Shown: positions 8,700-18,014 of the stretch, one piece after another | How positions within the stretch are numbered: the stretch's first letter is position 1 | Layout of the letters: the number at the start of each line of letters is the position of its first letter | Source: a virus | Lineage: Duplodnaviria > Caudoviricetes | IMG/VR virus record: IMGVR_UViG_3300044513_002231 | Location: 1-26,126 of that record | DNA length: 26,126 nucleotides | Reading direction: 5' to 3' (one strand) | The notes under the pieces: model-generated | Seen by the model: the letters and a program-made list of their open reading frames with translations, nothing else | What the model was told of the DNA's origin: nothing | The model's database searches: none | Translations under genes and position numbers: made by a program

Positions 8700-8724
8700 C
8701 GGAGACTAAAGGTCTCCGTTTTTT
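8700..8724 (+). terminator. Rho-independent terminator
   Basis: CGGAGAC-TAAAG-GTCTCCG followed by T6. Confidence 0.85.
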
Positions 8725-8731
8725 ATAAATA
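8724..8731 (+). promoter_or_regulatory. T4 late promoter
   Basis: Exact TATAAATA; SD AAGGA before the ATG at 8762. Confidence 0.8.
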
Positions 8732-8761
8732 TCAATATAAAGAAATTATAGGTAAGGAAAC

Positions 8762-9256
8762 ATGTCTCTTTGGGGAAACAAAGATACTGTCTATTCGACT
8801 GGAACTGTTACTACAATCACTGATGCTGGTGTAATTACTGGCGACGGCACTACCTGGACAGAGGGTAATGGTGTTGTTCCTGGATTGGTAATTACTATCG
8901 GCACTTATGGTAGTGGTGTTATTAAGACTGTAGATTCTGCTACACAATTAACACTTGTTCGTCCGTCGATTACTGCAGGATCAACTCTAACTGAAACTTA
9001 TAATATTGATGAATCTCCAGTGTATCTTCCAGATGATACAAATTGGGAAGGTAATGAAATTTATGGTGTAGATTCGGACGAAGTTGCCGCTGCGAATGCT
9101 GCATCTGGAGAAGCACGTTTGTACGCACCACCACACTCTGGATGGGTTGGTGTTACTACATATGTTGATGGTCATGGAACTCTCAGAGTTAAGCATGAAG
9201 TATTCGTTGCTGGCGGAATCACCGCTGACGCAGAAGACGTTAAGTTCCCACAATGA
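8762..9256 (+). CDS. Putative virion structural protein
   Basis: MSLWGNKD start, Thr/Gly-rich beta-type composition, HSGWV motif, late promoter upstream. Confidence 0.65.
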   Translation: MSLWGNKDTVYSTGTVTTITDAGVITGDGTTWTEGNGVVPGLVITIGTYGSGVIKTVDSATQLTLVRPSITAGSTLTETYNIDESPVYLPDDTNWEGNEIYGVDSDEVAAANAASGEARLYAPPHSGWVGVTTYVDGHGTLRVKHEVFVAGGITADAEDVKFPQ

Positions 9257-9267
9257 TTGATTAATAT

Positions 9268-9642
9268 ATGAGATTTGATGAATTGAATGAGAGTAATTAT
9301 TTACTTTTCGCTATAAAATTCTATGATAATCCCCAGGCGGTTACCAAAGAAGATTTTGATGATGATCTAAAGAAGATCAAGTACATTAAAAGACTTTTAA
9401 AGCGGTATAAATCTTCTGGCGAATTAAAAATACATTTGATATTAAATCATCTAACTGTTTTGTTTAATGTTTTTAATGACGCAGCAGTTCCTTTACTGTT
9501 TTATAATTTAGAACCTGAGTATTGGAGTGCTATCAAAAGTTTCCTTATATTTCTTAATCGCATTCCAGAGTATCCTAGATCAGATACTCTGGATCACATC
9601 ATACATGATGAATATTGTTTATCGGAATTACAGCAACTATAA
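9268..9642 (+). CDS. Conserved T4-like phage hypothetical protein
   Basis: FAIKFYDNP...LILNHL type protein, typically found upstream of primase. Confidence 0.75.
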   Translation: MRFDELNESNYLLFAIKFYDNPQAVTKEDFDDDLKKIKYIKRLLKRYKSSGELKIHLILNHLTVLFNVFNDAAVPLLFYNLEPEYWSAIKSFLIFLNRIPEYPRSDTLDHIIHDEYCLSELQQL

Positions 9643-9830
9643 TGGATATCGATAAGATTATTAATATTGTAAGAAATTTGAAGGAGGAAGCAGTTGTCGC
9701 TGTTCCTACTAATAATATTGGTGGAGGAAAGATTGCTGGAACTACAGAAGCAGGTGATGATCCACCAGTAAAAAAGAAAAAAAAGTACATCTACGGCAAA
9801 GGTTATCGTAAACTCTGGCAGCAAAAGTAA
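9642..9830 (+). CDS. Small hypothetical protein
   Basis: ATG at 9642 overlaps the upstream TAA (TAATG); PTNNIGGGKIAG motif. Confidence 0.7.
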   Translation: MDIDKIINIVRNLKEEAVVAVPTNNIGGGKIAGTTEAGDDPPVKKKKKYIYGKGYRKLWQQK

Positions 9831-10243
9831 TGGCGTTCGGTCTCCAAAAGTTAGCGGTCCTTGAAAGCAAGCTCGATATCTATGAAGACCTAAGTAAAGA
9901 AATGCTCGACAAACTTGAGCGAGCAGTTGCTACCATTAGTGAAAATAGTAACAGGGTCGCAATTATTCTAGAACGTCATGAGAATCGTCTTGCTGAAAGT
10001 GAGAGAGCAGACCAACTCATCATCAAGATGATTGAAGAATTGAAAGAAGAGATTACCGATATTGATAAAGGTGTGAAACTTAAGTTTCATGAGCAGAATA
10101 AAAAGATAGAAGAGAATCAAAAGTGGATCTGGATGGCAGGTGCCGTCCTTACCTCTGCAGTGACAATCCTACAAGTGCTCCCTAACGTTGGATTATCATT
10201 GACTTCTACTGCACAACCTGCTATAATACAAGGCACAAAGTAA
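9830..10243 (+). CDS. Coiled-coil protein with a C-terminal transmembrane segment
   Basis: Heptad-rich N-terminus followed by WIWMAGAVLTSAVTILQVL. Confidence 0.7.
   Translation: MAFGLQKLAVLESKLDIYEDLSKEMLDKLERAVATISENSNRVAIILERHENRLAESERADQLIIKMIEELKEEITDIDKGVKLKFHEQNKKIEENQKWIWMAGAVLTSAVTILQVLPNVGLSLTSTAQPAIIQGTK
10199..10227 (+). promoter_or_regulatory. Sigma70-type promoter for primase-nrdAB
   Basis: TTGACT-N17-TATAAT with extended TG. Confidence 0.75.
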
Positions 10244-10255
10244 TATCTTTTTGTA

Positions 10256-11227
10256 ATGGATTTGGTTGACGCCAAGTATATTGGTTTAGTATCAGCACGA
10301 CTACAAAAATTTAAAAAGGTTAAGAATAATCTTTACAACTTCCGCTGTCCTATCTGTGGTGATTCGCAGAAGAATAAGAATAAGACACGGGGGTATTTTT
10401 ATGTTGTGAAGAATAACACCAATTTCAAGTGCCACAATTGTGGTGCTAGTATGTCTTTGAATAATTTTCTGAAGAAAATTGATTCGACAATTTACAAACA
10501 GTACACTCTTGAAAAGTTTAAAGAGGGACATACTGGTAAAAACTTTGTTGTTGATGAACCTAAGTTTGAATTTGAAAAACCAGTTTTTCGCAAATCTATT
10601 GATCTACCGAAAGCATCTGAAGTTCCTGGTGCAAAAGAATATCTTGAAGGTAGAAAGTTAGATTCAAACAAATTTTATTATGCTCCAAAATTTAAGAAAT
10701 GGGTTAATACCCAAAAACAAACATTTGATAACATCAAATATGATGAGAGTAGAATTATTATTCCACTCTATGATGAAACCAAAAATCTGATAGGATTTCA
10801 GGGCAGAGCACTAGATAACTCGCCCAATAAATATATCACCATTATGATTAATGAGAACTCGCCAAAGATTTATGGACTTGATACAATCGATAAAAAATTA
10901 CCAATCTATGTGGTCGAAGGACCCTTTGACAGCACTTTCGTTAACAATAGCGTGGCTTTGTGTGGCAGTGATGGTGATTTGGGTTATCTTGAGGGAAGCG
11001 ATCTCGTTCTTGTTTATGACAATGAACCCCGCAATAGAGAAATTGTTAATAGGGTTGAACGATGTATCAATGGAAATCAAAAGGTCGTCATCTGGCCAAG
11101 CGGAATCATAGAGAAAGACATCAATGACATGGTCCTATCTGGACTTAATGTTATGGATGTGTTAAAATCAAATACATACTCAGGTTTAGAAGCAAAAATT
11201 AAGTTTAACAACTGGAAAAAAATATGA
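10256..11227 (+). CDS. gp61: DNA primase (T4 gp61 family)
   Basis: Zn ribbon CPICGD...CHNC; TOPRIM motifs VEGPFD, YDNE and KDIND. Confidence 0.96.
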   Translation: MDLVDAKYIGLVSARLQKFKKVKNNLYNFRCPICGDSQKNKNKTRGYFYVVKNNTNFKCHNCGASMSLNNFLKKIDSTIYKQYTLEKFKEGHTGKNFVVDEPKFEFEKPVFRKSIDLPKASEVPGAKEYLEGRKLDSNKFYYAPKFKKWVNTQKQTFDNIKYDESRIIIPLYDETKNLIGFQGRALDNSPNKYITIMINENSPKIYGLDTIDKKLPIYVVEGPFDSTFVNNSVALCGSDGDLGYLEGSDLVLVYDNEPRNREIVNRVERCINGNQKVVIWPSGIIEKDINDMVLSGLNVMDVLKSNTYSGLEAKIKFNNWKKI

Positions 11228-13521
11228 GCAATGGAACTAAAGTTGTCAAGAGAAACGGTAAAACTGAACCTCTTGATTTGAATAAACTCCACGTTATGGT
11301 GGAGGAAGCATGTAAAGATCTTGCGGGTGTTTCGGCATCACAAGTTGAGATGCAGTCTGGTATTCAGTTTTATGATGGCATTACAACCGCTGAGATTCAG
11401 GAGATTCTGATTCGTTCTGCTTCTGACTTGATTGATTTGGATCATCCCAACTATCAGTTCGTTGCTGCCCGTCTGCTTCTGTTTGCTACTCGCAAGCAGT
11501 TGTACGGGCGTATGCATGAAACACCAACTGTTAAAGATCATGTCCAGCGGTGCGTTGATAAGGGTGTATACGATTCAGAAATCCTAAATCTTTATAGTGA
11601 TGAAGAATTTGATAAACTTGAGTCGTTTGTTGATCATCACCGTGACTATTTGTTCACTTATGCGGGTCTACGTCAAGTCGTTGACAAGTACCTCGTGCAA
11701 GATAGAAGCACTGGCGCTCTATATGAAACGCCACAATTTATGTACCTCCTGATTGCTGCTACTATCTTTTCTAAGTATCCTAAGGAAACACGTTTAGACT
11801 ACGTTAGGAAGTACTACGATGCAATCTCCAAACACAGAATCAACATTCCCACGCCTATCATGGCGGGAGTGCGAACTCCACTTCGACAATATGCTAGCTG
11901 TGTTCTTGTTGATGTTGATGACACCCTCGATAGCATCTTTAGTTCTGATATGGCTATCGGCAGATATGTTGCACAAAGGGCGGGCATCGGTATCAACGCA
12001 GGTAGGATCCGTGCAATCAACAGTAAGATCCGAGGCGGAGAAGTTCAGCACACAGGTGTTATCCCATTCCTCAAAAAATTTGAAAGCACTGTCAGATGTT
12101 GCACTCAGAATGGCATCCGAGGTGGATCAGCGACTGTCCACTTCCCAATCTGGCACCAAGAAATAGAAGACATCATTGTCCTAAAAAATAATAAAGGAAC
12201 TGAAGATAACCGAGTTCGCAAGTTAGACTACAGCATCCAAATTAGCAAACTGTTCTATGAACGTTTCATCAAAAACGAAAACATCTCACTCTTCTCTCCG
12301 CACGACGTTCCTGGTCTGTATGATGCTTTTGGCACTGATGGATTTGATGAGTTATACAATGTTTATGAACGAGATCAGTCTGTTCCAAGAAAGACTATCG
12401 GAGCTCAAGAACTTTTTCTGGACATCTTGAAAGAAAGAGCAGAAACTGGTAGACTGTATATCATGAACATTGACCACTGCAACTCTCACTCTTCCTTCAT
12501 GGATAAAGTTGAGATGAGCAACTTGTGTCAAGAGATCACTTTGCCAACCAAACCACTCCAACACATTGATGATACTGATGGTGAAATTGCTCTCTGCATT
12601 CTTAGTGCTGTTAATGTTGGGAAAATTAGGGATCTTGAGGATCTTCAAGTTCTTTGCGATCTTGCTGTTAGGGCTCTTGATGAACTCATTGATTTTCAGA
12701 ACTACCCCATCAGAGCAGCAGAAATCGCCACCAAGGCACGCCGCTCACTTGGCATCGGGTATATTGGTTTAGCACACTATCTTGCCAAGCATGGGCACCC
12801 ATACGATGATGCTGGTGCCTGGAAGACAGTACATGATCTCACTGAGGCGTTCCAATATTATCTCATCCAAGCAACTGTTAATCTTGCTAAAGAGAAAGGT
12901 GCTTGTGAGTATAGCAACCGAACAAAGTATGGTCACGGAATTCTTCCGATTGATACATACAAAAAGGAAGTAGATGAGATTGTGCCAAATGAGCTTCACT
13001 ATGATTGGGAGGGTCTTAGAGCACAGGTACTCCAATATGGAGTTAGGAACTCAACACTGTCCGCACAGATGCCTTCAGAGAGCAGTTCCGTTGTGTCAAA
13101 TGCCACAAACGGAATTGAACCACCTAGAGGATACTTGTCCGTTAAGAAGTCGAAAAAGGGACCACTTAAGCAGATTGTTCCACAGTACCAATCTCTTAAA
13201 AACCATTACACACTTCTTTGGGATATGGAGTCCAATCGTGGTTATATTAATATTGTTGCTGTAATGCAAAAATTCTTTGATCAGGCAATCAGTGGAAACT
13301 GGAGTTACAACCCTACACAATATCCAGATAATGAGGTCCCAGTGTCTATAATGGCACAAGATCTTTTGACTACATATAAGTACGGTTGGAAAACCAGTTA
13401 CTACCAGAATACATATGACTTCAAGACTGATGAAGTTGATGAAACTAAAGAAAGTCTTGAAAACTTAATCGCGCAACTAGAACAAGCAGAGGAGGAAGAT
13501 TGTGAGTCTTGTAAGATTTAA
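11224..13521 (+). CDS. nrdA: Ribonucleotide reductase class Ia alpha subunit
   Basis: ATP cone VVKRNG, ASCVL, SNLCQEI, KTSYY and C-terminal CESC. Confidence 0.98.
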   Translation: MSNGTKVVKRNGKTEPLDLNKLHVMVEEACKDLAGVSASQVEMQSGIQFYDGITTAEIQEILIRSASDLIDLDHPNYQFVAARLLLFATRKQLYGRMHETPTVKDHVQRCVDKGVYDSEILNLYSDEEFDKLESFVDHHRDYLFTYAGLRQVVDKYLVQDRSTGALYETPQFMYLLIAATIFSKYPKETRLDYVRKYYDAISKHRINIPTPIMAGVRTPLRQYASCVLVDVDDTLDSIFSSDMAIGRYVAQRAGIGINAGRIRAINSKIRGGEVQHTGVIPFLKKFESTVRCCTQNGIRGGSATVHFPIWHQEIEDIIVLKNNKGTEDNRVRKLDYSIQISKLFYERFIKNENISLFSPHDVPGLYDAFGTDGFDELYNVYERDQSVPRKTIGAQELFLDILKERAETGRLYIMNIDHCNSHSSFMDKVEMSNLCQEITLPTKPLQHIDDTDGEIALCILSAVNVGKIRDLEDLQVLCDLAVRALDELIDFQNYPIRAAEIATKARRSLGIGYIGLAHYLAKHGHPYDDAGAWKTVHDLTEAFQYYLIQATVNLAKEKGACEYSNRTKYGHGILPIDTYKKEVDEIVPNELHYDWEGLRAQVLQYGVRNSTLSAQMPSESSSVVSNATNGIEPPRGYLSVKKSKKGPLKQIVPQYQSLKNHYTLLWDMESNRGYINIVAVMQKFFDQAISGNWSYNPTQYPDNEVPVSIMAQDLLTTYKYGWKTSYYQNTYDFKTDEVDETKESLENLIAQLEQAEEEDCESCKI

Positions 13522-14689
13522 GACAAGCATCGATAGCGAAAAAACCATGGTAGATTCCATGACCGTATTCAACTCAGAAGTAGTTGATACTAAAAAACAA
13601 CCCATGTTCTTTGGTAAACCTCTTGGTATTCAAAGATATGATTCTTATAAGTATCCTGTTTTTGATAAACTCACAACTCAACAACTAGGTTACTTCTGGA
13701 GACCTGAAGAGGTTTCTCTCCAGAAGGACCGTAGCGATTATCAAACCCTTCGCCCAGAACAGAAGCATATTTTTACGTCCAACCTCAAGTATCAAATCAT
13801 GCTTGATTCTGTTCAGGGACGTGGTCCTGGGATGGCATTCATTCCATATTGCTCTCTTCCCGAACTTGAAGCGTGTATGGAGGTCTGGGGATTCATGGAA
13901 ATGATCCACAGTCGTTCGTATACTCATATCATCAAGAATGTTTATTCCGATCCTGCAGATGTGTTTGATCACATTCTGACTGATGATCGTATCGTAGAAC
14001 GTGCTATGAGTGTTACTCAGGCATATAATGACTTTATCAATGCAGCACATCAGTATGATAATACTAATCAATGGCAGCACGCATTAGAGCAAGTCCCCTA
14101 CGCACAAGAGGCAAGGTATGAACTCAAGCGCAAACTATTCAGAGCAATTGCAAACGTTAATATACTTGAAGGTATTCGCTTTTACGTATCTTTTGCATGT
14201 AGTTTTGCTTTTGGCGAACTCAAGCTTATGGAAGGAAGTGCAAAAATCATCTCACTAATCGCTAGAGATGAGAATCAACATCTTGCTATTACTCAAAACA
14301 TTCTTAATAAGTGGAAGCAAGGTGATGATCCAGAAATGGCAAAGATTTCTAAAGAGGAAGAACCTTGGTTAATTAAAACTTTTGAAAACTGTGTAAATCA
14401 AGAAAAACTTTGGGCAGAGTATCTGTTCAAGGATGGATCAATGATCGGTCTAAATGACAAACTGTTACAACAGTATGTTGAATGGATTGCAAACCGTAGA
14501 ATGAAAGCAATCGGACTGAAACCAATTTATGACATCTCTGCTAAAAACAATCCCTTGCCCTGGACAGAGCACTGGATTTCTTCTAAGGGTCTCCAAGTTG
14601 CGCCTCAAGAGACCGAAGTTGAGTCGTACATCGTTGGAGGAATCAAACAAGATGTCAAATCAGATACATTCTCAGGATTCAGCCTCTGA
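13502..14689 (+). CDS. nrdB: Ribonucleotide reductase class Ia beta subunit
   Basis: FWRPEEV, EMIHSRSY (radical Tyr), LEGIRF, DENQH and VAPQETEVESY. The start may be slightly downstream. Confidence 0.98.
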   Translation: MSLVRFKTSIDSEKTMVDSMTVFNSEVVDTKKQPMFFGKPLGIQRYDSYKYPVFDKLTTQQLGYFWRPEEVSLQKDRSDYQTLRPEQKHIFTSNLKYQIMLDSVQGRGPGMAFIPYCSLPELEACMEVWGFMEMIHSRSYTHIIKNVYSDPADVFDHILTDDRIVERAMSVTQAYNDFINAAHQYDNTNQWQHALEQVPYAQEARYELKRKLFRAIANVNILEGIRFYVSFACSFAFGELKLMEGSAKIISLIARDENQHLAITQNILNKWKQGDDPEMAKISKEEEPWLIKTFENCVNQEKLWAEYLFKDGSMIGLNDKLLQQYVEWIANRRMKAIGLKPIYDISAKNNPLPWTEHWISSKGLQVAPQETEVESYIVGGIKQDVKSDTFSGFSL

Positions 14690-14945
14690 TCCTAGAAACG
14701 AAGAAGACTATGATACTTGGGAATATGGTACAGAACCTGTCCCAGGTGACGACACTTGGAAAAAAGAATCTGATAATGAGTTTGAAAAAGTTTGGAGGGA
14801 GATGGATGAAATTGAACCTCTCACCCCAAGAACTTCAAATGAATTAAAAGATTCTTACCAAACATATAAGGATGCTGCAATGGCGGATGATTATATGTTT
14901 GGCAATTATGATGGTTATGCTTCATATGGGGATATCCCCAATTAA
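14652..14945 (+). CDS. Acidic hypothetical protein
   Basis: ATG at 14652 (MSNQIH...) is in the frame of track ORF 14529 and overlaps the end of nrdB by 38 nt. Confidence 0.6.
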   Translation: MSNQIHSQDSASDPRNEEDYDTWEYGTEPVPGDDTWKKESDNEFEKVWREMDEIEPLTPRTSNELKDSYQTYKDAAMADDYMFGNYDGYASYGDIPN

Positions 14946-14975
14946 AAAGAGGGTCCTTCGGGACCCTCTTTTTTT
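14944..14975 (+). terminator. Strong (potentially bidirectional) intrinsic terminator
   Basis: AAAAAGAGGGTCC-TTCG-GGACCCTCTTTTTTT with a cUUCGg tetraloop. Confidence 0.92.
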
Positions 14976-14982
14976 ATAAATA
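14975..14982 (+). promoter_or_regulatory. T4 late promoter
   Basis: Exact TATAAATA 25 nt before the ATG at 15008. Confidence 0.8.
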
Positions 14983-15007
14983 TACTTAGATAAAGTATAC
15001 AAGAACA

Positions 15008-15793
15008 ATGACTAATAAAGGTTTAGTTGAAGCATATTACTCTATTTACAATAAAGTAGAGAAAACTGTAGAAGTTGAAACTACTGAAATTACTGAAGAA
15101 CTACTTGATGAAATTATTGATGAGTTAGTAGAAGAACTTGTAGAAGAAGGTTATGGTTTAGATGAATCATATTCTTTGATGGAAGAAGCAGTAGTTGAAT
15201 ACTTGGATGAGGCAAAGATCACTTATGGTAGTGATACTGAAAGTCCAGAGCAACGCCGTGAACGTGCCAAGGCAAAAGTTGGAGAGAAGAGAGCATCTGC
15301 TCGTAAGGCAGCGGTTAAAGGCGCTGTAGAGCGCGTTAAGGCAAAAGCAAAGGGTGCTAAGGCAGCTGCTGGTATCGCTGGTTCAATCGCTAAGGATGAG
15401 GCAAGAAGAGCAGGACGTGCTGCTAAGCAAGCGGTTGTAAGCACTGTAGAGAAGAAAAAGAAAGAAGTTAAGAGTGGCATCAAGGGTTTCCTTGGTAAGG
15501 CAGCAAAGAAAGTTGCTAGCAAGGCATCCAGTGTTGCTGCTAGACTTGGTGAAGAAGCATCTGGTTTATTTTCGGAGCAAGAACTCGCCGCATTTGCATC
15601 AGTTGAAGAAGGTTACAAAGAAATCGATACCAAAAAGCACGGTCGCATGTATGACAGATACAAGAAATTGAGAACTGCTGCTATGAAGGATGCTCAGGAA
15701 ACTGGTGAAGCATCTGGTGAAAATAGAAAGAAGATGGGTCAAATGCAGGGAGTTATCAGTAAGTCTGCAGAGAACCTGAGAAAGAAAGGTTGA
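15008..15793 (+). CDS. Putative internal head/core-like protein (acidic N-terminus, Ala/Lys-rich body)
   Basis: Own late promoter and terminator; Glu-rich leader followed by a histone-like AK-rich region. Confidence 0.6.
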   Translation: MTNKGLVEAYYSIYNKVEKTVEVETTEITEELLDEIIDELVEELVEEGYGLDESYSLMEEAVVEYLDEAKITYGSDTESPEQRRERAKAKVGEKRASARKAAVKGAVERVKAKAKGAKAAAGIAGSIAKDEARRAGRAAKQAVVSTVEKKKKEVKSGIKGFLGKAAKKVASKASSVAARLGEEASGLFSEQELAAFASVEEGYKEIDTKKHGRMYDRYKKLRTAAMKDAQETGEASGENRKKMGQMQGVISKSAENLRKKG

Positions 15794-15815
15794 TACAAAA
15801 CTCAAATAATACTCG

Positions 15816-15839
15816 GGGGGTTGACAAACCCCCTTTTTT
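15816..15839 (+). terminator. Rho-independent terminator
   Basis: GGGGGTT-GACA-AACCCCC followed by T6. Confidence 0.8.
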
Positions 15840-15850
15840 ATTGCTAGAAT
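15821..15850 (+). promoter_or_regulatory. Sigma70-type promoter overlapping the terminator
   Basis: TTGACA-N18-TAGAAT with TG extension. ATAAATA also present at 15871-15877. Confidence 0.6.
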
Positions 15851-15900
15851 CGCTTTGCTAGGGTTAAAGGATAAATAATAGCTCATAAGATTATTATACT

Positions 15901-16350
15901 ATGAGTTATGAGAATCCATGGAGATATGATGGCAAAGTGTTTGACTCTGATGATATTGGGGATTACTTTGGGTTTGTTTACCGTATTACCAATCAGTCCA
16001 ACAGACGATCGTACATTGGGCGAAAGTATTTTTGGTCGTTTAGAAAACCTCCGGGAAAGAAAAGAAAAGTAAAACAAGAGTCGGACTGGAAAAAGTATTA
16101 TGGTTCTTGTCCTGAGTTAAAAGATGATATTAAAAAATACGGCAAAGAGTCCTTCAGTAGAGAAATCTTAAGTCTTCATGAAACTAAAGGTAATTGTAAC
16201 TTTGAAGAGACTAAGCAACTGTTTCTCAATAACGTGTTATCAGAAGCTCTTGACGAAGGAGTTCCTGCCTACTATAATAGTAACATCCTTGGACGCTACA
16301 TGCGGAAAGACTATGGTAACTTTAGAGGAAACTCTAACGATGACTCATGA
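15901..16350 (+). CDS. GIY-YIG family endonuclease
   Basis: GFVYRITN...YIGRK, YYGS, FSREIL and YYN motifs. Confidence 0.85.
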   Translation: MSYENPWRYDGKVFDSDDIGDYFGFVYRITNQSNRRSYIGRKYFWSFRKPPGKKRKVKQESDWKKYYGSCPELKDDIKKYGKESFSREILSLHETKGNCNFEETKQLFLNNVLSEALDEGVPAYYNSNILGRYMRKDYGNFRGNSNDDS

Positions 16351-16525
16351 TTGGGTTATCGATAGACTCCATACATTATGTGATGAAACTCCCTGTAGAA
16401 CAATGCAGGATGCAGTACAACAGGTTGAAGATGCTCATGCTCTCCGTAGTGAGTTTGCCGAGTGGTTAGATCCAACAATATCAGATCATGATGTTTATTC
16501 TCTTGAATATTTGTCTGATAAATAA
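16313..16525 (+). CDS. Hypothetical phage protein
   Basis: ATG at 16313 (MVTLEETL) in the frame of track ORF 16178; EFAEWLDP motif. Confidence 0.65.
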   Translation: MVTLEETLTMTHDWVIDRLHTLCDETPCRTMQDAVQQVEDAHALRSEFAEWLDPTISDHDVYSLEYLSDK

Positions 16526-16556
16526 AACAAACTTAAAAAATTAATTTTTAGAAATT

Positions 16557-16787
16557 ATGTCTGAAGAGCAAACAATTGAACTGACTGAACAACAAAGACA
16601 TCTTGCAAGTCTTCTACAGCAAAGAGAAACTCTGATTGCTGAGATTGAAGTTGTTAAAAATCAAGGCGTAGAAAAGCGAGATCTTCTTCTTAAAGTTCTA
16701 GGTGCTATCGAATATTTGGGACAAATTGGTGTTACATTGCCACAACCTCCTGCAGAAGAAGTAACTGAAGAAGTTTCTGAAGGTTGA
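16557..16787 (+). CDS. Small coiled-coil hypothetical protein
   Basis: 76 aa; ATAAATA at 16518-16524 upstream. Confidence 0.7.
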   Translation: MSEEQTIELTEQQRHLASLLQQRETLIAEIEVVKNQGVEKRDLLLKVLGAIEYLGQIGVTLPQPPAEEVTEEVSEG

Positions 16788-16803
16788 TTTTTGTTAGTTT
16801 ATT

Positions 16804-17160
16804 ATGATTAAAAAATTATTTGTTGCGGCACTTGCTATGGGTGCTGCTATGCCGTTACAGGCGCAGGCAGCAACTTGTGGTTATGCCTCACATTATGGAG
16901 TGGGAGATGGATTCCATGGTCAAACTACTGCAAACGGCGAAAGATTTAACGCTTATAGTAATACTGCAGCTCATCCTTATTTACCTATGGGTTCGCGCCT
17001 ACGGGTAACTAACCAAAGGAATGGTGCTTCGGTTATTGTTAAAGTGAATGATCGTGGTCCTTATGCTCGTGGACGCATCCTTGACCTTTCTTATGGTGCA
17101 TTTGATACGATTGCTCCTCCTTCTCAAGGAGAAGTTAAAATCTGCTATTCGCGTATCTAA
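16804..17160 (+). CDS. rlpA: RlpA-family lytic transglycosylase (DPBB domain) with signal peptide
   Basis: ASHYG...TANGERF...TAAHPYLPMGS...VNDRGPY...RILDLS; N-terminal signal ending AQA. Confidence 0.93.
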   Translation: MIKKLFVAALAMGAAMPLQAQAATCGYASHYGVGDGFHGQTTANGERFNAYSNTAAHPYLPMGSRLRVTNQRNGASVIVKVNDRGPYARGRILDLSYGAFDTIAPPSQGEVKICYSRI

Positions 17161-17184
17161 ATATAATGCCTATGTTGTCATTGT

Positions 17185-17859
17185 ATGGCAATTGACCTTC
17201 ATAACTTTTTCAAGTTCTATAAAGCAGACAATCCAAATCATGTTGCTGCTGTTCAATGGTTGGAAGATAATCTTCCTGTTGAATTTATGGATGATAATTC
17301 TGAATGGGTAAACCTATATAGAACTAAACCAAAATCATCCGTCTTGGAAGTTCCTTACTTTCCACAGACAGACAATTATACAAATGCTGAACGCACTTGT
17401 AACTCTTCTTCCTGTGCTATGGTTCTTGAGTATTTCAAACCAGGAACACTCAAAGGTGCTAAGGGAGATGATGCTTATGTAGAAAAAGTATTTGCTGTAG
17501 GAGATACTACAGATCATTCTGTACAAACAAAAGTCCTACAGTCATATGGATTGAAATCTTCATTCCATTATGATTTAACTTTCAAAGATTTGGATACTGA
17601 ACTGGCTTTGGGTCGTCCAGTTGTTATTGGTATCCTGCACAGAGGTCCTCTTAGTGCTCCTAAGGGTGGTCATATGTGTGTAGTCATAGGAAAGAAAGGT
17701 GATGACTATGTTGTTAATGATCCTTATGGATCTCTCAATGACGGTTATTCTTCTGATGTATACAACGGCAGGGGTGCTGTCTACAAAAAATCAGAACTCC
17801 AAGCAAGATGGTGTCCAAACGGAAACGATGGATGGGGTAGAGTTTTTAATCCTAATTGA
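17185..17859 (+). CDS. C39-like cysteine peptidase (putative endolysin)
   Basis: PYFPQ..TCNSSSCAM (Cys), GGHMCVVIG (His) and VNDPYG (Asp). CTAAATA at 17157-17163. Confidence 0.85.
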   Translation: MAIDLHNFFKFYKADNPNHVAAVQWLEDNLPVEFMDDNSEWVNLYRTKPKSSVLEVPYFPQTDNYTNAERTCNSSSCAMVLEYFKPGTLKGAKGDDAYVEKVFAVGDTTDHSVQTKVLQSYGLKSSFHYDLTFKDLDTELALGRPVVIGILHRGPLSAPKGGHMCVVIGKKGDDYVVNDPYGSLNDGYSSDVYNGRGAVYKKSELQARWCPNGNDGWGRVFNPN

Positions 17860-17884
17860 CAAAACTAAATACCCATGATAACAT
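17856..17884 (+). promoter_or_regulatory. Sigma70-type promoter candidate with embedded CTAAATA
   Basis: TTGACA-N17-TAACAT. Confidence 0.5.
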
Positions 17885-17890
17885 GTAGAG

Positions 17891-17913
17891 ACCTACTGAA
17901 AAGTAGGTTTTTT
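17891..17913 (+). terminator. Intrinsic terminator
   Basis: ACCTACT-GAAA-AGTAGGT followed by a T run. Confidence 0.75.
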
Positions 17914-17934
17914 ATTATAAGATTTTGAGTGAAA

Positions 17935-18006
17935 ATTAGAGCCGAGGAAGGTGCCCCCAGAGATGGTTGCGGTATACCCCCCTTCTATTCGGATGTAGAG
18001 TTCAAT
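17935..18006 (+). ncRNA. Candidate cis-regulatory structured RNA in the lysozyme 5' UTR
   Basis: Nested stems GAGC/GTTC, CGA/TCG, GGAAGG/CCTTCT, TGCC/GGTA and CCA-GAGA-TGG; GC-rich within AT-rich surroundings. Confidence 0.55.
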
Positions 18007-18014
18007 ACGTATTA

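Noticed and set aside
9830-10243. Holin assignment for the coiled-coil/TM protein
   Set aside because: Only the topology is suggestive; there is no motif and it is far from the hydrolase cluster.
611-14650. Numerous minus-strand and alternate-frame ORFs inside gp41, primase, nrdA and nrdB
   Set aside because: These are shadow ORFs of well-conserved + strand genes, with no motifs or expression signals.
11224-14689. Introns or inteins in nrdA/nrdB
   Set aside because: Both reading frames are continuous and of normal length.
17967-18014. Track start of the lysozyme ORF at 17967
   Set aside because: It lies within the structured RNA; GTG at 18015 gives a proper N-terminal signal peptide.
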